A stretch of DNA of 63,606 bases, the filler included, from Perkinsus olseni (lineage: Eukaryota): assembly GCA_013115125.1 (NCBI GenBank). It is 7 parts of 7 records of this genome, joined end to end, with 100 filler letters (N's around TTAATTAATTAA, not from the genome) between each part and the next. Parts side by side here need not be neighbours in the genome. Positions count along the whole stretch, not along the records: positions 1 to 9,045 come from JABANN010000932.1; positions 9,146 to 18,188 come from JABANN010000933.1; 5 more parts are not named here. One strand, written 5' to 3'. A program made the translations under genes and the position numbers. The notes beneath the pieces are model-generated. The model was not told the DNA's origin. It saw nothing but the letters and a program-made list of their open reading frames with translations, and ran no database searches. Of the stretch, positions 1 through 13,740 are shown piece after piece (position 1 is the stretch's first letter; each line of letters opens with the position of its first letter).

Positions 1-3000
1 AATAGCTAACTGCAAGACTACACTATCTTGCACTCTTGCTATTCCTCTACAATCAATATTTAAATACTCAACAGACCACATAGTTCTTGAAAACGATATC
101 TCTTTTGAAAATAATGGTAGTACTCGACATAGCTTCAGACAAGGGCGGTCCTCCGGGTGCTGTGGACGACCGGGCAACCTTACTGGATGGTAATACTGGC
201 TCATCGTTCGACCCTCTAAAATTGCGTCGATGTTCGAGCAGCATGCATTCGGTCGTTATTGGATTTTGTGGGGTGTAATTTGGCCTGAACTGTTGGTACT
301 TTTTCGGGAAATTTGATGGTGGTAAGTATGACCATATTCCACCGTGCCTAACGTAAGCGATTTCGTTTCTACTCTATGAAAGAAGTGCCGTCATTAAGCC
401 GTTGCACAACGCTCCACGAAGTTCATCGCTTATCGATGATACGACGTTCGCTTCGCCGTTCTGACTTGAATGGTGGCACTGAAGCTGAGGTGTCCATGTA
501 GAGCCCGTTCGATGACTCGTACGTCGCGGTCTCGTTTTCGCTTACGTCGTTTCTTATCATCTGTCGGTAGGTCAGAGAGCTGCTGCCTCGCTGCTGGAAG
601 TGAATCCTCTACCAATGAGCGAGGGAACGATGCAAGAGGGTGCGTCGTCTGAGTTGTCAGCGCTTCTCTTGAGGTTGCCGCCCTCTTCAACGGTCACGGA
701 AATCGTCGACTCAGAAGAGGGAGAAAGTAAATGACCTCGGCAGGGTTCGAACCGAGGATCTTTACCTCAGTCTGATTGGGTACGAAGCACTCCCAAGTAC
801 ACTGTCTCAGGTTACGCATATTCCCGTTGCGTGCAACCTATTGCGAGCGCCGCCAGCGCGTCAGCATCGGCATTGGCAGAGTCCGACTACGCCCGGAGTC
901 TCTCGCACTTCCTCATTGTGTGCATCATGGCGGCGGCGTACAGTCGGTTTTTAGCGGCTTATTGTGGGGTAGGTCAGGACGGGAAGGCCGAAGGGGTTTG
1001 AGTTCATGAATTGTCGAGGAGGGGTGTGAGTGACTAGGGACTGAGCAGCTCAATGTTATTGAGTCAACAGTGGGGCGAGAATCTAAGCCGCCCTTCGGTG
1101 TTGTATCATCAGAACGGTGGAGTTTGGAGTTTACTTTGGCGCTCCTCGCCTGCTGATTGCATACAGGTCGTAGTCATGGTCGTTCTTTTCAGGTTCCTCA
1201 GAAAATAAACCGATCATGGCAGCATTGGATCTTCACCTCGATAGTCGCTTTATGTGGTGCTATAGTGATACATAGGATATGCAGACCGACTAAGCTCTGG
1301 GTTACCGCTGCCACGCCTTTCGTGAGTTGAGGGGATGTTATGGTACTGGCTTGCGCCGGGAATAGGGCTCCCGAGAGGTTGGGCATAGGCCTTCGCGCGA
1401 ATGGAATCCGGTGGTGATTCATAAGAGGAAAATCGGCCGCTTGGAATGATCATGTACTGCGCTAGGATATTTCCAGTATTTCTCGGGTACCGCCTAGTAG
1501 TCGTAGCGTGTTCGATGCTCGTATTGTGATCGTAGGCAGGAGAGAAGATAGCCTGTGGTCTGAGCCTCGCCTCACTATGGAGGTTTCGGCAATCGGGCTT
1601 ATCTCTTGTTGCATGGGAGTTAGTCAGTGTGCATCGCTCCGCTGAAGTTTTGGCACGATTCTAGGTCTACTCGCTAATACAGATGGTGGTGGGAGCGATT
1701 CCACTGTCTGCGGATGCGGACACTATCAAGAGTGCGCCAGCGCTGGGAGTAGCGACCATAATACTCGCGGTAACCGAAAGGTCCCGGGTTCGATTCCTGG
1801 GGAGAGCACTATTCCTCAGGCATCTGCATTGGGGATTCTTATGACCCGTTACGCGTACTACCACGTTGACTGCGTCGCTCGACTGTTGATGGGGATCGTC
1901 TTCCTCGTGTTCCTCTGGCTGAGGACGCCTCCTGGATACTACTTCCATGTAATGCAGCGGGGGTTCCGGGTTCGATCCGCGGTGGTTGCATTTTAATGTA
2001 TATAATTGGGTCGGTCGAGTACTGTAGTCCTTCTCGTAGTTACATCATTATCTGCATTGTACGCTGCTGGCTTTGGCATTCGGCCGAGTCAAAGGAGAGG
2101 AAGTGCCGGCAATCGCGCAGGCCATTCTCATCGGCATGGCCCTACAAGGCGCGGCGGTATGGGGCACGGACTCGCTGTATGATAAGAAGGCAGAAGAGTG
2201 ATTCGTGTTGATTTGGTGAAGGAGTGGTATGGCAGCGTTGCCCTCATGCGCAGTACAGATAGACCCTGGATTTTGGAGATGCTACCACACTGCGCGAGTG
2301 CTTATAATTGACGAATCGCCCCCTTGACTATCTGGCTTCTGGAGAATCGGTCTCAGCGGAAGCAGAAATGATTCATCGTCATCACCTTTGGATTCGCTGG
2401 CGAGATTACCTGATATCGATTCTGGCAGCTACCCATTTCTTTTTTGAGTCGGAAAGATGCACTTCATTGCGCACGGTGAAGTTCATTGAGATGGTAGATT
2501 GTCTTGCAGTTGCTGATCGAGAAGCTGTGTATTAGCAGAAGCCACATTCTTTAAATTTATCGTCGGCGGTGCTGAAGTATTTTTGTATACATGTGCGCCA
2601 TACCACTCCTTCGGCGAATCGTCCGTGCGTTAGCTTACGTGTGCATTCTGTTGAACTACGTTGCTTATTTTGTTGTCACTGAGTTTGTTGCCGTCACGCG
2701 CCACGAAATTACTCTGTGTCGCATCGATCGTTTCTCATCGTATGTATCATTGCTCCGCACTGCGGTCGTGTACTCGTGATTTCGCAAAAAGTTGGTATGA
2801 ATCATTCCAGACTCCGGCGAGGATTGCGTGGATAGGCCTGTCAATGTGGTCAGGAGTGTGGGGTAACAACACAGGTCCGGGCGATGCCGATCTGATAGAC
2901 TGCTGTGGAGCTTTGGTGTGTCGGCAAGGTGGCCATCACCGATTCTTCACGCTTGTCAGGTTTGTCGAGTGTCCCTCTCGGCTTGTCCGAATCTGATCGA

Positions 3001-3392
3001 AGTTCCTCCGGCACTGCTATCTAGGCTGTTTGGGCGGGGATATCCAGTCGCTCGTCCTCGGCCGTCATCCTGTTATTCGGCGAGAGAACGATGACTTTCT
3101 CTTGCCGTTACTCCCCTGCTATCAGTTGTTTTCTCAGCGTCTCTCAATGGGTATTAGTCCATCGCTGTTGGCGTCAGCTGAGCAGACATATGCATCCTAT
3201 CAACCTGATCTCTCCGTTCCGGAGATTGTGTATGCTGAGGAAGTGGCGCTGGCGCTGGCGATGTAGTAGTAAACTACTAGAGCACCACTAGTACTGTAGT
3301 TTCATAACGAATTAAGCAATCTGTGAAGCCTTCGCCGTACTGTAGTTGTAACTTGAACTTCGTGGACGGTTAGTTTACATGGTGGGCTAATC

Positions 3393-5444
3393 GTGAGGAT
3401 CAGGTATCAATACGAAGCCCAGGACGAGGTGCGGCGAATCGCGCGGAGTTACGCGTCGCTGAGTGAATACGACACGAAGGAGATCTGTCGAGTAGCCGGC
3501 TTCAACAGCACCGGCGAATTCGCTGTAATACTCGGTGGGCGTGGAATGGTCGGTGTGAGCGAGCTCCACAGCAGGGTGTATGACATACTCCGCGATCGAC
3601 TTGTCGCGTCGATTGGTAGTACTCTGTCGAGAAATCGATTTGGGTCGATAGAGGGCCTATGGATTCGACCCGCTGGAATGAAAACTTCTCGCCAATTGAA
3701 GTTCTTGCCGTGGCTCTCTGCGGCTGCTTCCTTCGGTAGTGAAGGCCGGTTGCTCTAGATTCGTATCGCGAAGGGAATACACCAGAACATGGAGTTCCTG
3801 AAGCAAGTCTTGCCAGTGCAGCATGAAGTGGCACAGAAGATCAACACGCCACTTCATTATAGGGTACTGTCGATCGCGTGATCGATTTGATGGTTGTGAA
3901 AATGGCCGTGTCGGTCAGGTCCGGCTGCTGTTGTCTGAGCTTGCGAGGGACTGGAGTGTGGAAGGGGAGGTGGAGAGGAAGCAAAGCTACGAACTTTTAA
4001 TAAGGGAATTGCCTAGTGAGCGTAAGTTCGCAAGATTCGGCGTAATGTACCTCATCGAGAATGTACTCAGGATGCCGCGTGTTGGTCCCTGGCTGTGGCA
4101 CTGGAAGATTAGCTTACGACGTCGCCGTCCTTGGCCACGACGTCGAAGCCAATGATTTCGATATAATGAAGCTCGCTGCGGCCAACGCTGTCGTTAGCAA
4201 GTGGGTCATTTGCATTGTGACGAAGCATCGCAAGCGGCAGTGTCTCGGTGTTAGATCTACTGGTGATCCTTTCATTATTGAGCCTTATTGCCTGGACACT
4301 TGTAATAGGATGAAGAGGGATGACCATATAAGAAAGGTAGTATAATATTTGGGCATCGAAACTGGTGATTGGTGCGCTCAAGCCGGGAGGAAAACTCGTC
4401 TACGTCAAGGGGGGGGGAGCATACATTCAAGTCGAATGATGCAATCGACTACGTCACGGCCCACTCATCGATGACGGAAATGGCAGGCGTTTCGTGGGCA
4501 GCTTTCCCATATCGCCGGTTCGAATTGGTATAGATTGACCAGTTGCCGACGATACCGTGCTTCTTACCTGGTGCTTCTATGAGAAGTCAAGACGCCTATT
4601 TTAACGGCGAATTTTCGATGTTGTCCTCAGGTATCCGTGCCCGACTGCGACGTCGATCGAGAGGCGCTTGGTCGAATTAGTGTGAATGGATTCGAGTTCA
4701 CTGAGGTCAGAACCCCAGGCGGTGTACCGATCCATTTTTCAGGACGACTTGATCAGGCCTATGGCGTACCAGCGAAGCATGAATCCTTCGATATTGTTCT
4801 GACGGCGGCCTTCATCGATACAGCGCCTGATGTTTTTGCGTATATCAAGACCATCGCCAATGTCCTGAAGTAATGGCCGTGGGTTCGATCCCAGCCAACT
4901 GCGTTTTGTTTCTAGTCGTTTCTCTCAGACCTGGTGCTAAGTGGGCTAATACCGGCCCACTGGGATGGCTGTATGATGGCGATCGTTTCAATTCGGGCCG
5001 AGACGGTAGGTTAACCCTCATCAGGTTTCCATCGGATCGGGACCGGGGCTTGCGGCATCGGTGAAGTCTGGGGCGAGTGAAATGCCGTGTTTCGGCCCTT
5101 CTTTGTGTGATCATTCTTCGATCTTCGTGGATGTTCATTGGCATTTAGTGCTTGGCCGTGTTACGGTATCGTAGAAATGCCACCTTTTACGTTTATAAAT
5201 TTCTCGACAGGACCGATGGGAAGGCGATCTTTAAACGCGATGGTCGGCAGGTAAATTCTTGCGGAGACTGGAGCTATCTCATGAAGAGCTCATGGAAGCT
5301 ATCTCGGCGAAATGGTTCGACATAGAGCGCTCGGAGCTGGTGCCTGGATGCCGGTATTGTGGAGACCGGAGGACTATGCTGGAGACCGACTTGACTTTTG
5401 TCAACTTTGTGGCCATACGCAACAACACTCCGGTTGAATACTGA
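3393..5444 (+). CDS. Carnosine N-methyltransferase-like (N2227 family) SAM-dependent methyltransferase, multi-exon; 5' end approximate
   Basis: Family motifs in order across exons: LARDWSVEGEVERKQSY (~3940-3990), VLVPGCGTGRLAYDVA (~4080-4127), FDIVLTAAFIDTA (~4787-4825), LRPGAKWANTGPLGWLYD (~4924-4977), LELSHEEL (~5268). Stop TGA at 5442-5444. Confidence 0.85.
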
Positions 5445-7585
5445 TAATGGTTTCGAGAAATCGCTGTGAGTGTTCAAAGTTTAGGCGAGAGACTCGGGAC
5501 TTGTTCGCTGTTAAACTTGGAAGAGGCAGTTCATGAAGGAGGTTGTAGATTTTACGTAGAGCGAATCGCGCTGCGCGATGCGTGTTAGGAGAATTTGATT
5601 GGCAGCCTCCCAATGGTAGGGTCGTGGTACGGTCCCCGGCGGCGACTCACCCTTACAATCAGGGCGAATAAGGGCCTCATTCGTATTGCGGATGATCGGC
5701 CCGTTTGTTCTTGGTCAACATGCCCGAGGTTTGAGCCTCAGAATATCGAGTATCTACTGCTGCGTCGGATGTTCTGAATAAGGTGAAGGAGAACATGTGC
5801 GGGCGAGATCGGCGGCTAAACTGCCGAGCTCTTATGTATTGAGTTATCTTCGTCGCAGGAGCTCGGCATTTTCGATTCCTACATCCACAAGTGAAATGGA
5901 TATCATCAGAGATGGGTGGGAGTGGAGAAGGAAATCATGGCTGCATTTAAGAGCGTAGCTACCATTAGATAATGTAACGAGAATCTCATCATAAGATTAT
6001 GGGATTTCGTATGCTCAAATATCCGCGAAACTCGCTAACATGATCATATAATTAAACATATCACAGACCATAATCGTAAAACACCGTATGATTGCAATCA
6101 TCCCCCTGAAGTTGGTGGTTTATGTTCTATTGATCATTAGCTAATGGCGGCATCCTCTCTTCACTGCCAACAGAGGCGGGCCGCCGCTGGCGGTCATTGT
6201 TCGTTCTGTGCGATGCCCGCAACCACTTCGGGAAAGGCATTGCCTGGGCTCCGCTGGGAGTCTCAGCGTTCTCAGCCTGAGACCATTTCGGCGGAGTCGA
6301 TCACATTCACCACTGAAAGTTCAGTTGATTCGCGGCTCTCTTGCCATGTAGCACGGGCTCTCGCCAAGTCCATTTCATCAACAAACATCTGCGGACTCCG
6401 CACAAAATCGCACTAGTGAACTGGCGGACTCCGCACTGCGGAGTAATGATGTAAAATTCTGAGCGAAATAAGGTAGAACGTTGATCTCAACAGTGCGCCA
6501 CCCGTATTGTTGCTACCCGGAGTAGATCGCTTTCCACCAGCGCTGCCCCAAAAGCCCCGAGTACCGGTCCTTCTAACGCTACTCCAGAAGACCAGAGTAG
6601 TACTGTTGTGACCCCATGGTTGGTGAACCCGACATACTAGACGTAGAATTGATAAAACCTTATATGTTTGTATAGTTATGATTACAAACGTAACGATATC
6701 TAGCTCAGCGTAACACAATCAAATGGAGACAGTATCCGTAGACAGGATCGCACAATTGGAGACATAACAGTACCCCTCCTAACGGCGTTAGGCTAACGCT
6801 GCCCCACAAGTCCGCACCACAACTACTAGTGCTATCTCGGTAGCCATCACTGCCAGCAGCGCTGCCGAAGGAGACCATAGAGCTGTGGATGGGGTGGGCT
6901 GGCTGCTTATGATACACGACGGTGTCGCAGACCTGTGGGCTGTCTCTCCCATGGTCCCAGTCGCGCAGCCTCACAAGACAACGACTCCCTTCAGACCCTG
7001 CGTAGACTTCCGCTAGCTCAACAGATACATTCTGAGAGTCCCATACAGAGACATGACTGCGATGGAGCTCATTCATTTCGGTGGGTCCGTTCAATGTCGA
7101 TCACACGTTGCAATGATGGTGCCACAATCTGAGTCTCAACTGGTTGGACGGATCAGGCCGTATTCAACATTGTTCAACTAGCGAAGTGCCGTCATTACAG
7201 TATTGTGCTGCTGTCCCGGGTCCGCAGCAGCACCGGGCAGAGCCATGCTCGGGTGACGAGAGTCTCGCCGCCTACTTCATACTACCGAGCTGTTCGTTAT
7301 ATCCTCCGTCAGGACGCGAGGCACTGTTTCCGCTACGCTGGATTTGAGTCATTTTCTCGGTATCTCGTTGAAATCCCGAAGCAACGTTGAGGAGGCCTGC
7401 GAGTGGCTGATCGTGTCGTGTCTTCAGTATTCCTGAGTCCTCGGATTGAAATATTACGGGGGTCGGACTGTCCGACCCTGTCCGAGTCACCCGGACATGT
7501 GGGTTTGATATTTTGATGCCCTTGTTGATATCAATCTTAGGCCGTTGCTGCCTTTAGGTCCTTGAGCCAGGAATCAAACAGTTTG

Positions 7586-7596
7586 ATTCGAGGAGT

Positions 7597-7648
<52 letters not shown>

Positions 7649-7794
7649 CGCGGCGGCGGGGCGGGGGGGGGGGGGGGGGGGGGCGGGCGGCGGGGGGCGG
7701 GGGGGGCGGGGGGCGGGCGGGGGGGGGGGCGCGNNNNNNNNNNTTGGGGGGTCTGTCGGTTCGCCCCCGCCCCCCCCCCCGGCCCCCGCCGCCG

Positions 7795-7840
<46 letters not shown>
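7586..7840. repeat. Poly-G / poly-C tracts flanking a 10-N gap (probable sequencing or assembly artefact)
   Basis: Degrading G-run before the Ns and C-run after; a similar G-run at 8931-9000 lies near the contig end. Confidence 0.7.
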
Positions 7841-8340
7841 CCTCGAGCTTCTCAAAGAAGGAGAACCTCAACTTCAACTTCACAAACTGAAGCTGTTAGG
7901 AATCCTGACAGCGGTCGCCGCTGAGCGGGGTTTGGAGCCATCCCATTGAGATTTGCAGGAGCTCTCTCGGCAAAACGCTTCGACATGTTGCGCTTGGAGC
8001 CCCCTTTGGGCTGAGGATGATGTGAGGACTGAGTGACTATAACGGAGACGAGCTCGACCCTGCGTTCCTTCTTTTGGAGTCCGACTTGTGAACTTCGCGC
8101 CGATACGCAACAACGCTCCGCTTGAATAATGAAATCTGTACTCATTTCGCATGAGCGTGTTGAATAACATTATTTGGAAGGGAAACAGGCTAATGTGAGT
8201 TTCCATCACAGTGAGATACTCGTGATATGCGTTATATGTATCGGTTATGGACACATCCAACTTGGGCGCTACCCCTACATTCCAGACTGGCAGCATCTAC
8301 GTTTCTTTCGCCAGCATTTGTTTGTAACAGATTGATTGAT

Positions 8341-8772
8341 ATGCCTGAAACTGAAGGCGTCTATGCTCCCCTGCTAACTTCAGGAGGCCAAGGTGATGCT
8401 AAGCAGAGGATATGCGAGCGGAATCGCCGGCTTATGATGATAACGACATTCATGTATGCTCTCATCATGTCGATAGAAAACTCGGGTATTTTCGACGCAT
8501 ATATTTACATTGTTGGAGGTAGGAGAGGGCGAGGGAAAAGACTGCCGGTGTTTTCTTGTTATGAAGTTTGTCGAGTGAAGCCGTTGCAATGTCGAACTTG
8601 GAATGAGTGACGTTCGGTGCTCGTCGCTTCCATTCAATGCTTGTATGACGAGGCCTTTTTGATCATGCTTTTGTTTTCTGTCGTCATCGCCAGGGGCTCG
8701 ACTGTTGTGGTTGTGCTTCCACCATGATTATTGCCACCGTAGTGGTTGATAAACTTCAGCTTCGGCACTCTC
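8341..8772 (+). CDS. N-terminal fragment of a probable MFS-type membrane transporter
   Basis: MPETEGVYAPLL...RRLMMITTFMYALIMSIENSGIFDAYIYIVGG, then a GT intron and a hydrophobic exon GSTVVVVLPTMIIATVVVDKLQLR. The rest is lost at the poly-G and contig end. Confidence 0.4.
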
Positions 8773-8928
8773 GTATAGGAACGATGCTCTGAGTAACGCG
8801 ACATATACTGCCCTGTTCATCGGCCAGTGGGGTCACCGCGACAACGGAGCTTCGCTCTGTAGTCCCAGGCAAACGCGACGGCGCGATCTCGTAGTGTGAC
8901 CTGCGATTCGGGTGACAGGCTTCCCCGC

Positions 8929-8983
<55 letters not shown>

Positions 8984-9045
8984 CGGCCCCCCCCCCCCCC
9001 GGCAACGGCCAGCACTATCAAGCTATCAAAGTTTTTGTATTATCC

Positions 9046-9145
9046 NNNNNNNNNNNNNNNNNNNNNNNNNNNNNNNNNNNNNNNNNNNNTTAATTAATTA
9101 ANNNNNNNNNNNNNNNNNNNNNNNNNNNNNNNNNNNNNNNNNNNN
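9046..9145. other. Artificial contig linker N44-TTAATTAATTAA-N44
   Basis: Six-frame-stop linker; identical linkers at 18189-18288, 27330-27429, 36471-36570, 45528-45627 and 54576-54675. Confidence 0.97.
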
Positions 9146-9702
9146 TGTGGCTAACTACACTCTGTACTCTTTTAATATGGCACCTCCGGTTGTGTTGCTT
9201 CATGGCAAGGATATGACAGCAACGCGCGTTATTTTAGGGCGAGCGAGAAATTTAGTGACAGTTCTTGAGAATTTAGTGACGGAGCCTGTTTGTTCCCTAC
9301 AATTTCGCTCCTTGAGAAAGTATCTTGCTATCTTGTATTTCCTCAACGATAGAATAGCACGCAATTACACATCTTCGTCTCTAGTAACATGTTACGATCT
9401 CTGGCCTGCCCAATCGTCTGCCCAAGTAAATAATCCGACCCTCAGTCTTCCGTAGCTGCCTGGACTCACCTAAGGCAGCCCTTGAACAACGACACCGCTG
9501 CATGGCTGTGTCCCCATCGGAAATACCGATTCGATATTGAATTTGGCGGATGAGGATTAACATCTCCCTAGTGCCGGCCAGTCCTACTTCTCCGAGAAGG
9601 GCTCGACTGTATTGTTCGGGTTCTATGGCTCTATGGCTAGCGAGCTCCGCCATTCCGTCGTGATATCGCTGTGGTTGAATATCAGTTGTTATTATATTTC
9701 GT

Positions 9703-11520
9703 AATGGTAAATCCCTTGACGAGTTGCTGCTGCGGTTGCTCTCTGAGGACCGGGGTTAAAATACTAGCAGTACTAGATATCATCGCTGGAGTGATGACCA
9801 TCCTCTCGCTTACGTCGATCCAGGTGGGTCCTAACTCGACCTTTTCTGTATCTTCCCGTCATCAACCTAAGATTCTCAGACCAACCGAGTGGAGACGTAC
9901 GAACACTTCCATTATAGTCACGATGGGGTTGAGTACTCCTCTAACGTCCCCCTTGACCTTCCCATGCTTGAGCGTGTCATGCGAATTTTGACTGTAAGCC
10001 GCCCTCAAGTTGATTAGCGCTCATCCATCGTAACGATGGCATCGTTCCTCCCGCTCAGTGCATCGGCAACACCGCCGCCCTGGTCCTCTTCGCTTCAGCC
10101 ATAATGGCCTTGCGAGGAATCTCCAAGGGAAAGTGAGTTCGTCTCGTCTCGATCAATTAGACAGAGGTTGGAACGCTGTGATCCAGTTCGAGATTGCTGA
10201 AATCCGATCGCGGTGGCAATCGGATTACTGAGTACCGGAGGCAGCGACCGAGTCTTCCCGTCCTCTCCCGTCGAAGTCCCGCCACATCTCCCCCTGTTCC
10301 CCGGGTTAACAGCGTTCCAAAGCCGATCCTCAACTCAATTATCTTGCCACCTGAAACGTGTCGTGATCATGGATCGCTGTCAGCTGTGCCACTGCCGCAG
10401 CCGTCCACTCCCGTTGAAGATGTTCGTTACACCTCTCTGAGGCGCATTTCCTACTTGTCAATCATGAATGGGGAAAGCGAGCGCGGCTACGTTTTCAGGT
10501 CCAAACTGGTTCGTCAATACGCCATCATCCGAGCCCTTGATGTGGTCCTTTCCGTCGCCATGTGTCTCTGGATCCTCATCATCCTACCTCGTCTTGCACG
10601 GGAATTCATGGATGCTGTTATCGAGCAAATGCGAGAAGAGGTGAGTGGCGTGTGCATGCGTGCGGAGCAGCTAGCATCGTACCACCGCGTCATCGTCAAG
10701 TCTTCACTGTGAGTGCAAGCCGGCGCTCTTTGGGTGGTCGCTCTCGTATTAGTGAGAGCTAGCTTCCCTCGAGTTTCCCGAGTCGAGAATGGATAATTTG
10801 CAGATTACAAGTCTCCATTGACATCATCATTGCATCTCTTCCACTTGTTCGTTGGTGCTGGCAAGTCACGTCGTTTATACTTGACTGCCTGAAATTCCAC
10901 CGCCTTCCTTGTGAGTAGGCCAAAGAGCGCCACGAAGATCCTCCGGATATCGATGAAGAGGCAATCATTAAGAGTGAGCTGGCCATCACCGCCCTTGACG
11001 GGCCACGTTCGACTCCTTGTTAGTAATCGTCGGCCTGGGAACGACCATTTTGGTCGTAACCGAAGCCTTCGGAGTCCTTCTGAAGCTGTACTTTGTGTGG
11101 GCTATCAAGAGTTGTGCCTACTGGATGGAGGTGAGCTCCTCTCGAAGGTCCACCGGCCTGAGCTCCTCCCATTTTCAGCGCGGCGTCGACCCTTACGCTC
11201 CGATCTATGTGGTCTCCCAGCCTGCCCCTGCTCAACCTGTTGGCGCCACTTACAATGTATTACTTCGTAGTGTTCATCCCACTGTGCTGAGGATTCGTTT
11301 AAGGCCTATCAGCCAGCCAACGTCATCCTCGGCCCGCCAGTAGCAGCCCCGGCATCTGATCAACCCACGGCATCTTTGCTCGTATCGGAAGGGCCACAGA
11401 ACCCGACGGTGAGTTTGCGTTATGGATGATTGGAAGAATGATCTCCGTTGAAGGCACCGGTCCTTCCTGGAGGGCAGACCGCTGAGGGGGACAACCAAGG
11501 GAGGAATATGGCAGGTGAGC
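9703..11520 (+). CDS. Multi-exon four-TM membrane protein, LAPTM/Mtp-like; 3' end approximate
   Basis: N-terminal MVNPLTSCCCGCSLRTGVKILAVLDIIAG resembles the LAPTM CC.C..RTG motif. Further TM exons at ~10040-10130, 10500-10640 and 11023-11130, and a Pro-rich tail GVDPYAPIYVVSQPAPAQPV. Confidence 0.55.
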
Positions 11521-12967
11521 TGCGCGAATTAGCACTTCATGGCGTTACGAGCCAAGCAAACAATCGTCATTAATCCGGCGAGCTGCAACGCTACGCTAAT
11601 ATGGTGCAATTAGAATGACGGCTCTCGCTGGACTCGTGTTCGATCTCGGGTGGGTATCTTTCAACCAGAGTACTATATACTCGTAGTAATATTATTGTAG
11701 AATCTAATCAGAATCGCATGTCTCAACTCCAAGAGTTGCCATTGGTGTGGTATGAAGCTTTGCCTTCGCCGCTAGGTCCTCACAACCAAGCAACCTCTGG
11801 TGATGCGTATCCCCGTATATGAACATAATTGCGGTAGTTCTGTTACAACAAAAGCGGACGTAATTTCCTCCTATCAGTCGGTGTAAGTAGCTCCTCAGTA
11901 GCCTCCATTATCAGTTTATTCAAGGCTTGTATGCCTATCGTATCAAGAGTGTTCTGTACTCTTGCGTATAGTCGTCGTCAGCGCCACCTCCACTACGGGG
12001 GAGAAGCACTTGATCGATGAGATGACAGCAACCGTGAAGCGAAGCCTAGATCGTGTCTGCTGTCATCGGACGAAGGCATGTTCTACGAAAATACTAACGT
12101 CCCGGTTTTCATGAGACTATATGTAGTTCGAGGTACAGTAGCAGTATAGCAACGCCAACGGTGGGAGTGAAAGGGGAAGGAGGAGGGTCGTTATTGATAC
12201 GGTAGCTAGAGAGGCTCTCACGCTTACGGGCAATAGAGGGGACAGCGCACAACTCGAGCCGCGTCCAGCGGCGCCATGACAGGCGCTCATTGGCGCAGAA
12301 TACAAGTTTCAGTTCATCTTGGAAGTTGCATGAAGAAGCATAGCTCCGACCTTGAAGATGCCCTCAACGCGAATGACGCAGAATGCGTCGTTGGCTATCG
12401 TTCTCGTGACTACACTGAGTGATGTTATTTGTTATTCCCAGGTTCTGCTTTGTTATGGCTGCTTTTTTGGCGAGTCTCCCTCTGCTCTGCGCCGAGGGCA
12501 CCCCCTAAGAATGCTCGCTGTAGCTCCTGCAGTAACGATGTCTATGCAGCGGCTCCTTAGCTAGCGTCGTCACTCAATGAAGGAGACGAGTGAACTGGGA
12601 ATCCCAGTCTGGGGTAGACGCTATTCTAGGGAGTCTTACCTGGATTGTCTCAATCCTGGTGTATACCATAGAACAAGCCTCAGTCGCACTTCGATTGGCA
12701 GTTCGCGAGACCCTGCTTGTGGAGTGTTCTCATGGCAGATGTCTCTGATGGACTAGATTATGGAGGAACTCAACACCGTCATCAGGTTGGTCAATAAGGG
12801 TAGTGCTATTAATGGATATGAAGAATCATGTAAGACAATAAACGGTAGAGTGTGAGAATGACCAACACTTCGCAAGGCTCTTCAACGTCAGACCTCAGCT
12901 GTTCGCTATGACAGCACAGAATTGACAAGAAAGTGGATCCACTGCTGAACCCCACTAAATCGGCCAA

Positions 12968-13740
12968 CTAGGAGAATGAGGCTCCTCCAACATAAGTCGT
13001 GAGAGATCGAGCCGCACGGTATCCGGAAGCAGCCAGGGCCACCGAACCAAAACGGACGCTGGGTGCAGCCTTCTTGAAATGAGGGTGTTCGCTGAAATCT
13101 ATTGTCATCAGAATACCGCCCTCAACCCGAACATTATCGGGGTGAACTTTAATCAGCGGCTTTCCAAGGTCGTAACGCATGCAAAGAAGCTCAGCGTAGG
13201 TCTCGATGCGATAAGCATCCATAGCCTCCAACTTTCCGAGGGACTGAGAAAAAGAAGAGAATCAATCACTGAATTGCGACCTACAAGAAGCGATGGAACC
13301 GCCAAGCGCTACTCAATGCGGCAGTTATTGCTGCACCTCAATGAAGATCACATCAACAACCAATTCAGAACAGTGTTCTTAATCAGTCCCTATCAGTGGG
13401 GCATTGCGTGCGCAATATTTTATGACAGACCGCTATCAATCCTCAGCAGCCTGGTTCCCCTCACATCATCCTCATCATCAGCAAGGAGACGACTGAGGTC
13501 GACTGTCCCCTTAATATCCCCCGAGCCTATCATGTCCAGCAAAGCAGACCTTAGAAGCTCGCAGGTGATGCGGCGCTCGTCGCGATCTGTGCTCTCCAAC
13601 GCCATGAACTTGAGCTGTTCGGTGGCCTCGATTAGCTCAGAGGCTGTCGGCGGTTCGTCCTCTTCGTCCGAAGACTCTGGAATGGGGGGCGCCGGCCCCA
13701 TGATGGTGAATCTTTTATGGTTTGGTTTATGAAGCGGCAT
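12968..13740 (-). CDS. Hypothetical protein, multi-exon
   Basis: Two coding-like ORFs (13420-13740 and 12968-13231). The last exon is preceded by a TTTTCTCAG acceptor. Confidence 0.45.

Noticed and set aside
7554-7924. Gly/Pro-rich ORFs and an apparent G-quadruplex or inverted G/C repeat
   Set aside because: Homopolymer read-through next to an N gap, probably artefactual; the same applies to 8896-9097.
9090-9101. TTAATTAATTAA recurring every ~9.1 kb as a biological periodic motif
   Set aside because: It is a six-frame-stop linker embedded in Ns.
13079-13732. 217-aa plus-strand ORF
   Set aside because: Antisense shadow of the more coding-like minus-strand exons.
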